This document shows, piece after piece, positions 36,906 to 44,661 of a stretch of 64,000 bases of DNA. Under the pieces are notes generated by a model. The model saw only the letters and a program-made list of their open reading frames with translations, had not been told where the DNA came from and did not search any database. Source of the DNA: Phycisphaerales bacterium. Its GTDB lineage: Bacteria > Planctomycetota > Phycisphaerae > Sedimentisphaerales > UBA12454. The stretch covers positions 6,501 to 70,500 of the forward strand of contig PLMU01000003.1 of assembly GCA_003142595.1 (NCBI GenBank), written 5' to 3'. Each line of letters begins with the position of its first letter. Within the stretch, counting starts at the first letter, position 1. Position numbers and translations under genes: made by a program.

Positions 36906-37952
36906 TTATTTTTCTTTTACGCCAATCGTGACAAGAATTTTGTCGGCGATTTCTTTAGTAAGTTTTTTATCTTCGATAAGGAGCTTTCTGGCATTTTCCT
37001 TGCCCTGGCCGAGTTTCGTATCGCCATAGAGGAGCCATGCGCCGCTTTTAGTGAGAACGCCGCAGGTGCAGCCGAGGTCAAGCAGGTCGCCTTCGTAACT
37101 TATGCCGCTATCGAACATTATGTCAAATTCCGCTTCGCGGAATGGCGGAGCAATCTTATTTTTTACCACGCGAGCCCTCACCCTGCTGCCGATGGCATTG
37201 ACCGCATCCTTTATCGTTGAAATCCTTCTGACGTCCAGTCTGACGGAGCTGTAAAATTTCAGGGCGTTGCCGCCGGTTGTGGTTTCGGGATTGCCGAACA
37301 TAACGCCGATTTTCATTCTAATCTGGTTGATGAAAATAAGACTTGTTTTGCTTTTGCTGATGACACCGGTGAGTTTTCTCATCGCCTGGCTCATAAGTCT
37401 TGCCTGAAGTCCCATATGCGACTGACCCATCTCACCAGCCAGTTCGGCAGCCGGTATAAGAGCCGCGACAGAATCTATTACAATAACGTCAACTGCGTTT
37501 GACTTTATCAGCATCTCGGCGATGTCCAATGCCTGTTCGCCGGTGTCGGGCTGGCTTACCAGAAGATTGGTAACATCGACGCCAAGGCGCTTTGCCCAGG
37601 TGGTATCGAGGGCATGTTCTGCATCGATAAACGCCGCGATGCCGCCGGTCTTTTGGGCGTTGGCAATAATATGCAGCGCGAGGGTCGTTTTGCCGCTGGA
37701 TTCGGGGCCGAACAATTCTATCACCCTGCCGCGAGGAATTCCGCAGCCGCCGAGGGCAATATCAAGCGAAATGGAACCTGTGTTAATGCCCTGAATCCTT
37801 GCATAACGACTTTCGTCCATCTGCATAATTGAGCCGTTGCCGTACTGCTTTTCTATCTGGGCAATCGCCCTTTCAAGAGCAACGTTCTTTGTCGTTGGTT
37901 TTTCCGCTTTCTCGTCAGCGGCCGTCTTCTTTGCTTTGTTTGTTTTAATCAT
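36906..37952 (-). CDS. recA: recombinase RecA
   Basis: [12 protein letters not shown] Walker A, the L1 and L2 regions, and the [15 protein letters not shown] motif. Confidence 0.95.
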   Translation of the reverse strand: MIKTNKAKKTAADEKAEKPTTKNVALERAIAQIEKQYGNGSIMQMDESRYARIQGINTGSISLDIALGGCGIPRGRVIELFGPESSGKTTLALHIIANAQKTGGIAAFIDAEHALDTTWAKRLGVDVTNLLVSQPDTGEQALDIAEMLIKSNAVDVIVIDSVAALIPAAELAGEMGQSHMGLQARLMSQAMRKLTGVISKSKTSLIFINQIRMKIGVMFGNPETTTGGNALKFYSSVRLDVRRISTIKDAVNAIGSRVRARVVKNKIAPPFREAEFDIMFDSGISYEGDLLDLGCTCGVLTKSGAWLLYGDTKLGQGKENARKLLIEDKKLTKEIADKILVTIGVKEK

Positions 37953-37970
37953 TATTATCCTTCCTCAATT

Positions 37971-38537
37971 CTAAATCTGTCCGAAGTTTATTTTTCTCAA
38001 CAGAGTATATACAGGACCGGCCGATGTCAACTGGCTTTTATAAAAGCATACCGAATCAACGGTTATCGAGCCTGCATTGACTTTGCCGAAATTGTCTATA
38101 AACTCCGCTAACTGCCTGTTTGGGCGGTCGTCTTTTATCCGGGCAAGCGTAAGATGAGCACTGAAAGGCCTTTGCTCTTTTGCAAATCCAAGCTCTTCAA
38201 AGCTCTGTTCGATATCCTGAACAAGTTTTTCAAGCTCGCTGCTTTGTTTTTCCCCGCCCAGCCAGAGCACTTTGGCCGGTCTGCCGAAAGTTCCTACTGT
38301 TGAAAATTCAAGTTCAAAATTTTTTTGCTCCGCACAGACCAGTTGAATCGCCTCGGTAATCTCGCCGGCTCTCTGGTCTTCAACATCGCCTAAAAATTTG
38401 AGGGTAAGATGAATAAGCTCGGGTTTGACCCATTTTATGCCGGTTTGATTTTTTATCCGCCTCTTAAACTCACTTTGGAGTTTTTCTATCTCTTTGCGAA
38501 GTCCATCATTAATATCAGCCGCAATAAAACATCTCAT
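37971..38537 (-). CDS. thpR: RNA 2',3'-cyclic phosphodiesterase (2H family, ThpR/LigT)
   Basis: Two HxTx motifs (HLTLKF and HLTLAR). 188 aa. Confidence 0.8.
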   Translation of the reverse strand: MRCFIAADINDGLRKEIEKLQSEFKRRIKNQTGIKWVKPELIHLTLKFLGDVEDQRAGEITEAIQLVCAEQKNFELEFSTVGTFGRPAKVLWLGGEKQSSELEKLVQDIEQSFEELGFAKEQRPFSAHLTLARIKDDRPNRQLAEFIDNFGKVNAGSITVDSVCFYKSQLTSAGPVYTLLRKINFGQI

Positions 38538-38539
38538 AA

Positions 38540-39445
38540 TCAGAATTCAGTCATTTCTTTCAATTCGCCCAGTCTTTTGTCAATCAGGCTTCTGCCGATA
38601 GCGGCGATTGACGATAACGAAAACCCTTCGATAACAATTGAGGCGGTAACCGTACCATAAGCAATCGCTGTTTTGAGATGTTTCGTATCCGTCCGGTCGG
38701 CCGAGGCAAGATAACCCATCAGAGCGCCGGCAAAAGCATCGCCTGCACCTGTGGGGTCTTTCAAATGGACTGTCGGATAGGCGCCGAGCATAAACCAGTG
38801 GCCGTCGCTGTCCAATGTAATCGAACCATTAGAGCCTTTCTTGATTATCACTGCCTTTGGCCCCATCTTTATCAGCTCCTGCGCGGCAAGAGCGAGATTA
38901 TCGCATTTAGTCAGCATTTTAGCTTCACCGTCATTCAGGATGAGGACATTAATCCTCTGCAGCAATTTTTTTAATTCATCGGGCTGGCTGTCGATCCAGC
39001 AGTTCATCGTATCAGCGACAATAAATTTCGGTTTTTTAAGCTGGTCAAGAAGCTGCATCTGCAATGTCGGATGAGTGTTTGCCAGAAACACGTATTCGCT
39101 GTCCCTGAAATGCTCGGGCACAATCGGCGGCCGTTCGGCAAGAACATTTAATTGAAGAGCATCGGTCAGTGCCTGGCTCATATCGCCCTGATAAGAACCT
39201 TTCCATCTGAAAGTTTTGCTGCCGGGGCGAACCTCAAGGCCTGAAAGGTCGATATCTCTGCCTGCAAAGACTTTTGTTAAATCGAACGGACAATCATCTC
39301 CGACAACGCCGACGAATCGCACCGGCGAAAAGAAACTTGCCGCCATCGAAAAATATACAGCAGAGCCGCCAAGACAGTTTTCACTTTTGCCCAGCGGGGT
39401 CGTAACTGTGTCAATACCAATCGAACCTGTTACAAGAACACTCAT
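38540..39445 (-). CDS. PfkB-family carbohydrate/nucleoside kinase
   Basis: DPTGAGDAFAGALMGYL ATP-site motif. N-terminal GGSA. 301 aa. Confidence 0.8.
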   Translation of the reverse strand: MSVLVTGSIGIDTVTTPLGKSENCLGGSAVYFSMAASFFSPVRFVGVVGDDCPFDLTKVFAGRDIDLSGLEVRPGSKTFRWKGSYQGDMSQALTDALQLNVLAERPPIVPEHFRDSEYVFLANTHPTLQMQLLDQLKKPKFIVADTMNCWIDSQPDELKKLLQRINVLILNDGEAKMLTKCDNLALAAQELIKMGPKAVIIKKGSNGSITLDSDGHWFMLGAYPTVHLKDPTGAGDAFAGALMGYLASADRTDTKHLKTAIAYGTVTASIVIEGFSLSSIAAIGRSLIDKRLGELKEMTEF

Positions 39446-41088
39446 TTTATCTCCTTTACAATCTTATCGGCAAATTTTTTAATCGTTCGTTCTATCCTTC
39501 GAACTGTTGCCTCAAGACCGAGCATATCTATTGACTCGAATATCGGCAATGAAATCGTCGTGCCGCAAATCGCCAATCTCAGCGGCTGAGCGACCTTGCC
39601 AAGACCGACCTGCTTTTGCTCCGCAAGACCCCGCAGCATATCTTCTATCGTTTTATCATTTAACGTCGGAAGATTTCTCAAATGTTCTTTTAATTCCGCA
39701 AGCATTGTAAGGCCCTGGCCATTATTGTTAAGCAATACTTTATCAACGTCTTTTTGGTTATATTCAATCTTGTCGTCTTCGGTAAATAAAAATCTGCTTT
39801 TGTGGTCTATTTCCGCCAGCGTCCTTGCGCCTTCGCTTGCCTTTAGCACTCTTTTAAGCAGAGCATCATCGGCCTTTGCGGCAGGCGAATTTACCACTTT
39901 AAGGAAATCTTTATACCTGCTCAAAAGTTCATCCGCTGAAAGCAGTTTTATATGCTCCATATTAAACGAAAGCAATTTTTTGCGATCAAACAGGCTGTTT
40001 GTCTTGTTAAACCGCGACGAGTCAAACGTATCAATCAATTCCTGTAATGTAAGAACTTCCTTATCAACAGGCGCACTGTAGCCTAAAAGAGCAATGAAAT
40101 TAACGAGCGCCTGCGGCAAATAACCGCTTTTGAAAAAATCGACAATGTTAATTTCCGGCAGGTCCATATGCAGGTATTCGGCCATCGCATCGACAGCAGG
40201 AGTATCGGGCATCGCATCTCCGCTGATAAATTCCTCAAGTTCGGTTATGTTTATGCCGCCGGCGGAAGCAAGAGCTTCCATATCGAGGCCCTGGGATTTT
40301 TTTATCGCTTCTTTTAAAACCTTCGCCCTGTCGCGCTTCGACATTTTACCGCCGCCTTCGCTGACGGTTAAAGACATATGTGCATAAACAGGCGTTTTAA
40401 AACCGAGCGCCTTTTGCAGCGCGATATGGCCGGGCGTATTCATCAGATGTTCCTGTCCCCTGATGACGTGGGTAATACCCATAAGCTCATCGTCAACAAC
40501 GCAGGCAAAATGATAAGTTGGAAATCCATCGTTTTTGAGAATTATCAAATCACTTATTTCGCTGCCTTTGAATTTTACCTGTCCGCGAATTACATCATCA
40601 ACAACAATTTCCTCTTCCGGCATACAGAAGCGAACTACCACGTCTCTGCCTTGTACTTTTGCCTTTTCAACATCGCTCGCATTGGGAAATGTTTTCGGAC
40701 GTTGATAGATAAAATTCTGTTTTTTTGCAGCGGCTTGTTTTCGCATCTGTTCCAGCTCATCAGCCGACTCAAAGCAGTAATAAGCTTTGCCGGAATCCAA
40801 AAGCTGTTTGATATACTTATTATAAATGTCGAGTCTTTGAGACTGAAAATAAGGCTCTGCAGGGCCTCCAACCTGGGGCCCCTGGTCCCACTGAATTCCC
40901 AGCCATTTTAAATCGTCCATTACCTGTTTAGCCGCGGTGGGACTGTTTCGGCTTTGGTCGGTATCCTCAATTCTGAGGACAAACTTTCCGCCTGTCTTCT
41001 TAGCCCATAAAAGGTCAAAAAGAGCCGTACGTGCCCCGCCAATGTGAAGATAACCCGTAGGGGAAGGTGCAAACCGTGTAACTGCCAT
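39442..41088 (-). CDS. gltX: glutamate--tRNA ligase
   Basis: RFAPSPTGYLHIGGART (HIGH) and KMSKR motifs. 548 aa, longer than the usual size. Confidence 0.9.
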   Translation of the reverse strand: MAVTRFAPSPTGYLHIGGARTALFDLLWAKKTGGKFVLRIEDTDQSRNSPTAAKQVMDDLKWLGIQWDQGPQVGGPAEPYFQSQRLDIYNKYIKQLLDSGKAYYCFESADELEQMRKQAAAKKQNFIYQRPKTFPNASDVEKAKVQGRDVVVRFCMPEEEIVVDDVIRGQVKFKGSEISDLIILKNDGFPTYHFACVVDDELMGITHVIRGQEHLMNTPGHIALQKALGFKTPVYAHMSLTVSEGGGKMSKRDRAKVLKEAIKKSQGLDMEALASAGGINITELEEFISGDAMPDTPAVDAMAEYLHMDLPEINIVDFFKSGYLPQALVNFIALLGYSAPVDKEVLTLQELIDTFDSSRFNKTNSLFDRKKLLSFNMEHIKLLSADELLSRYKDFLKVVNSPAAKADDALLKRVLKASEGARTLAEIDHKSRFLFTEDDKIEYNQKDVDKVLLNNNGQGLTMLAELKEHLRNLPTLNDKTIEDMLRGLAEQKQVGLGKVAQPLRLAICGTTISLPIFESIDMLGLEATVRRIERTIKKFADKIVKEIK

Positions 41089-41326
41089 TTACCGCCTTTC
41101 ATAACAAATAAGAAGCTGTTGCTAAATTTAAGTGCCATAAATAGTAATGTCAAGGACATAAAACCCCCTATTGTTGTATTCTATGCTCCATTAAGTCCTA
41201 TAACGGGTTTTCAAAAATAGCTCAAATCGACACTTCGGGCAAATAAGACATTTTTGGTCTTTTTGTTGTTTTTTCCCTTTTTTATGTCTATTTTTCTTTT
41301 CTATTCTATTTAGTTTATTTTTTCTA

Positions 41327-41355
41327 TTGACAGGCTTTGGATATGATGTTATATT
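41327..41355 (+). promoter_or_regulatory. orphan consensus promoter TTGACA-N17-TATATT, about 380 nt upstream of the next gene
   Basis: TTGACA at 41327-41332 and TATATT at 41350-41355. These are the same hexamers as the TMTC-like array promoters. Confidence 0.4.
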
Positions 41356-41737
41356 TATATATGTGTTATGGAAGCCAGATAAGGCTGGGCTAAATCATAA
41401 TTTAATAGAATGTCATTATAAGTTTTAATTTTTCATATTAGTATTGCCCATCTTTTCGGACCTCTTTCACACACCTTTTAAAGTTAAGCTGTACTTCTTA
41501 CGATGTAATCTAAGATTCGCGTCATTGCAGACTAAATGAATCTTTGTCGCTTTTTAAAAAAACGTAAAAAGTGCTGTTCTTTGGCCAAATAGCATTATCA
41601 ACAGAGAGATTTGCAAAAGAACCGACCAAAGACCGAATTTGCAGTATAAGCGTGTATGCTCTTATAAAATTACAAACGTCGCCGAAGACAGCACTTGACG
41701 TAACTCTCTCGGCTGAAAAATTAGAAAGGAACATATT

Positions 41738-42844
41738 ATGGAAAGGCAGAAAATGAAAAAGAAAGGCTTTACACTGGTTGAATTGCTGGTGGTTATCGCC
41801 ATTATAGCAATGTTGCTGGCAATCCTTATGCCGGCTTTGAGCAAAGTAAGACAGCTTGCTCAACGTATTATGTGCAGCACGAACCTGTCAGGTATCGGCA
41901 AGGCGATGCTGACTTACAGCACAGATGACAAATATGAATCTTTCCCGATATCCGGAAGCCCCAGCGCTTATTGGGACAGGGGCAGCGGCACAAAGGCAGG
42001 TATTTGTTCATGGAACTGGATAGATCCAAAAGCATTTCCGGAAACAGTAGCCTCCACTGCTTACAGGGCCACCGTTAGTTCATGTCTCTATCTGCTTATA
42101 AAATACGCAGATGTATCGTCCAACCAATTCATTTGCCCGGGTTCAGACATGAAAAAATTCGAATTGAAAAATTATAATATGGGCAGCGACGTATTTGCAA
42201 ATAATACTTCAACTGATGTGTGGGATTTCGGCTCGAAACTCGGACTAAGTGGAGTAGGTGGAGAAAAAACACCAGGAACCCGGGGTAAAGGACATCAAAG
42301 TTATTCTTATGAGCTGCCTTTTGTATTTAATGGGATTAAGGACAATGGGAGTGCTAAGGCAAGCGTCACCGCAAGCTGCCATCCTGCAACGGCCACATCT
42401 AATCCTTCCAAGGCTGTTCTGGCTGACAGAAACCCATACTGGCAATATCCTTCTGATTCCGGAAGAACTACGGCTTTTCTATATGTATGGGATTCTACAA
42501 GCAACAGGGTACACCCGAGTTCTATTGCTAAAGGAAACGCCATATATCATCAAAGCGATGGCCAGAACGTTCTCTATGTTGACCAACATTCAAAATTCGA
42601 AAAAGGTGCTAATTGCGGCATTGAATCGGATAACATTTACACTACCTGGAGTTCGTCGCTTGGTGGTCCTGCTACCCCAGGAGTAATTGGTAACGGTGAA
42701 GAAAAATTTAGACAGTGCGGAGCAGGCGCGGCGAACTATCCTGCTAGCTCTCCTGTGCTGAATGTTGAACCAGGGGATGATTCGTATTGGCCGGTTAGTG
42801 GAGACGACAACTATCTGGTTTCCGACCTGGATAGTGATGTTTAA
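41738..42844 (+). CDS. prepilin-type N-terminal cleavage/methylation domain protein (DUF1559-like pseudopilin)
   Basis: KKGFTLVELLVVIAIIAMLLAILMPAL prepilin signal. The C-terminal GQNVLYVDQHSKF resembles the H-X9-DG tail of the DUF1559 family. Confidence 0.8.
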   Translation: MERQKMKKKGFTLVELLVVIAIIAMLLAILMPALSKVRQLAQRIMCSTNLSGIGKAMLTYSTDDKYESFPISGSPSAYWDRGSGTKAGICSWNWIDPKAFPETVASTAYRATVSSCLYLLIKYADVSSNQFICPGSDMKKFELKNYNMGSDVFANNTSTDVWDFGSKLGLSGVGGEKTPGTRGKGHQSYSYELPFVFNGIKDNGSAKASVTASCHPATATSNPSKAVLADRNPYWQYPSDSGRTTAFLYVWDSTSNRVHPSSIAKGNAIYHQSDGQNVLYVDQHSKFEKGANCGIESDNIYTTWSSSLGGPATPGVIGNGEEKFRQCGAGAANYPASSPVLNVEPGDDSYWPVSGDDNYLVSDLDSDV

Positions 42845-42889
42845 TAAATACTAATAACAGAATAAAGACTGTATCAGGCTGCAGTCGTA

Positions 42890-42928
42890 CCGGCCTTTCG
42901 TATATATTGCGAAAGGCCGGTTTGTTTT
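42890..42928 (+). terminator. intrinsic terminator
   Basis: CCGGCCTTTCG-loop-CGAAAGGCCGG (11-bp stem) followed by TTTGTTTT. Confidence 0.8.
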
Positions 42929-43035
42929 ATATAAAGCAGAATATAGGACAGGGGATAGCAAATACAATCACCCTGGAAAAGGCTGTTTTGAAATTTAAAA
43001 TTTTCAATCCGCCGCAGGCGAACAAGTCTTAAATT

Positions 43036-44298
43036 TTAAATTTGTTTCACTTCTAATATTGAATTATATTCCCCGAACGGATTTAGCTCAATATTCTCAT
43101 TGTATGGGTCCTGCTGCCATTGGCCGTCAACGACCATACGATAGCGGTATTTTCCCGGAGCAAGCTCCATGGCCAGTTCCCATTTGCCGTCTTTGCCCGG
43201 CTGCATAATTGTCTGTTGCGGTTTCCAATTATTAAAGTCTCCGGCAATCTGCACCTTTTGGGCACGCGGATAAAGCGTAACAAACTTGATGGAATTGCCT
43301 AATTGGCGGGCGCCATAAAAATCATTAAGTTTATCATTAATATCTTTCTTCACTCTTGTTTTTGTTTCACCCTTTAGACCGGCAAGAAGCTCCTGTGCCG
43401 AGGAGCTTATCGACTCAAGGTTATTATCCAACTCCTCGATAATCTCTTTTCTTTCCTTTGCCTGTATAGAGGCCTGTATCACCGGTTCGTGTTTATCAAC
43501 AGCAACCGCAATCTTCTTTTGCTCGACAAGCGTATCTGTGGCAATTAATTCCTGGGCCAAACCCTGAAAGTCCTTGTGTCCTCTGCTGGCAGGGTCATAT
43601 TCGCATATAGGCTGGCCAAGACTGGCGGCTTCTTTCAATTTAGTGTTAAAATTGACAACGGTCCAGAACATCCTGCCTGCAAAATTCTTTCGAAGCTCCG
43701 CTAAAATCTCCCTTCCCATCTTTGTGCGAATATCATACATACTGGCAAGAACCATAACATTTATATGCTGTGAGCACTGTTTGCACAAAATACTGAGAGT
43801 ATCGAGTTGCCTGCTGAGACCGTGAAGCGAAAAGTATCCGGTCTCTACCGGCACAATAACATCTGTCGATGCACGCAGAGCATTGAACGTCAGCAGATTT
43901 ACCGCCGGAGGACAATCCACTATTACATAGTCAAAATCCCTGGCAACAGCGGCAAGCACATCCTTTAAACAATTTTCACGGTCCGTCATTCCATTAGTCT
44001 GCTGCTCAAACGCAGCGAGGTCTATACTTGCCGGTGCAAGTTCAAAGTTATCGCTAATCTCCCACAATACTTCGGTAAGCTTTATCGGCTCACCTCGCCG
44101 TGAACTGAGCAACACATCATAAATACCCTGTTCAATTTGCTCATCAGGCACAGCAAGACCTACGGCGCAATGGCCCTGCGGATCCATATCAATCAGTAAG
44201 GTCTTCTTGCCTTCGTCAGCGAGAGCGCTGGCAAGATTTATCGATACGGTAGTTTTCCCACATCCGCCCTTCTGATTAATCACCGCTATAGTTCTCAT
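43036..44298 (-). CDS. ParA/MinD-family ATPase fused to a C-terminal AMPK-beta/CBM48-type glycogen-binding domain
   Basis: Deviant Walker A INQKGGCGKTT. The C-terminus is QIAGDFNNWKP...GKYRYRMVVDGQWQQDPYN, very close to the AMPK beta GBD (GSFNNW...YKFFVDGQW.HDP). Start at the ATG at 44298 after AGGGA. Confidence 0.8.
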   Translation of the reverse strand: MRTIAVINQKGGCGKTTVSINLASALADEGKKTLLIDMDPQGHCAVGLAVPDEQIEQGIYDVLLSSRRGEPIKLTEVLWEISDNFELAPASIDLAAFEQQTNGMTDRENCLKDVLAAVARDFDYVIVDCPPAVNLLTFNALRASTDVIVPVETGYFSLHGLSRQLDTLSILCKQCSQHINVMVLASMYDIRTKMGREILAELRKNFAGRMFWTVVNFNTKLKEAASLGQPICEYDPASRGHKDFQGLAQELIATDTLVEQKKIAVAVDKHEPVIQASIQAKERKEIIEELDNNLESISSSAQELLAGLKGETKTRVKKDINDKLNDFYGARQLGNSIKFVTLYPRAQKVQIAGDFNNWKPQQTIMQPGKDGKWELAMELAPGKYRYRMVVDGQWQQDPYNENIELNPFGEYNSILEVKQI

Positions 44299-44327
44299 AA
44301 GATAATCCCTTATCAACCTAAATATTT

Positions 44328-44347
44328 CGTTTTTAATATTAAAAACG
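44328..44347. promoter_or_regulatory. perfect 20-bp palindrome CGTTTTTAATATTAAAAACG upstream of the ParA-fusion gene
   Basis: Direct reading. It sits 30 nt upstream of the ATG at 44298. Confidence 0.4.
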
Positions 44348-44661
44348 GCACTTTAAGCGTATGGGAAAAGATAGTCCCATATCTGAATTTTCGGCCTTTG
44401 TAATGTAAAAACTTTAGGCTTTATCGGACAAAAGATGATTTTCCGCCTTTTTTAATACTGAAACTGCCCTTTTTCAGCAGAAATTACTAATTACGTATAT
44501 GTTATTTTTCAGTCTTTAGTTAGCATAATCCGATATAAAATAAGTATTTATGTCTATGAGAGCTTGAAATATAGACCTTTTTTTGCTATTCTTCGTACAA
44601 ATGTTATGCAGCCAAAATATAGGTGTAACGCGATTTTTGTTTATATTATTATGGAGCTATA

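Noticed and set aside
41089-41737. Possible RNase P, tmRNA, 6S or SRP RNA in the long spacer
   Set aside because: None of the conserved cores I know for these RNAs are present, and the sequence is AT-rich with little stable pairing.
41522-41863. Small ORFs in the 41.1-41.7 kb spacer (113 aa on the minus strand, 61 aa on the plus strand)
   Set aside because: They lie in AT-rich sequence, overlap each other and the pseudopilin start, have no SD and no homology signal. The region is treated as non-coding.
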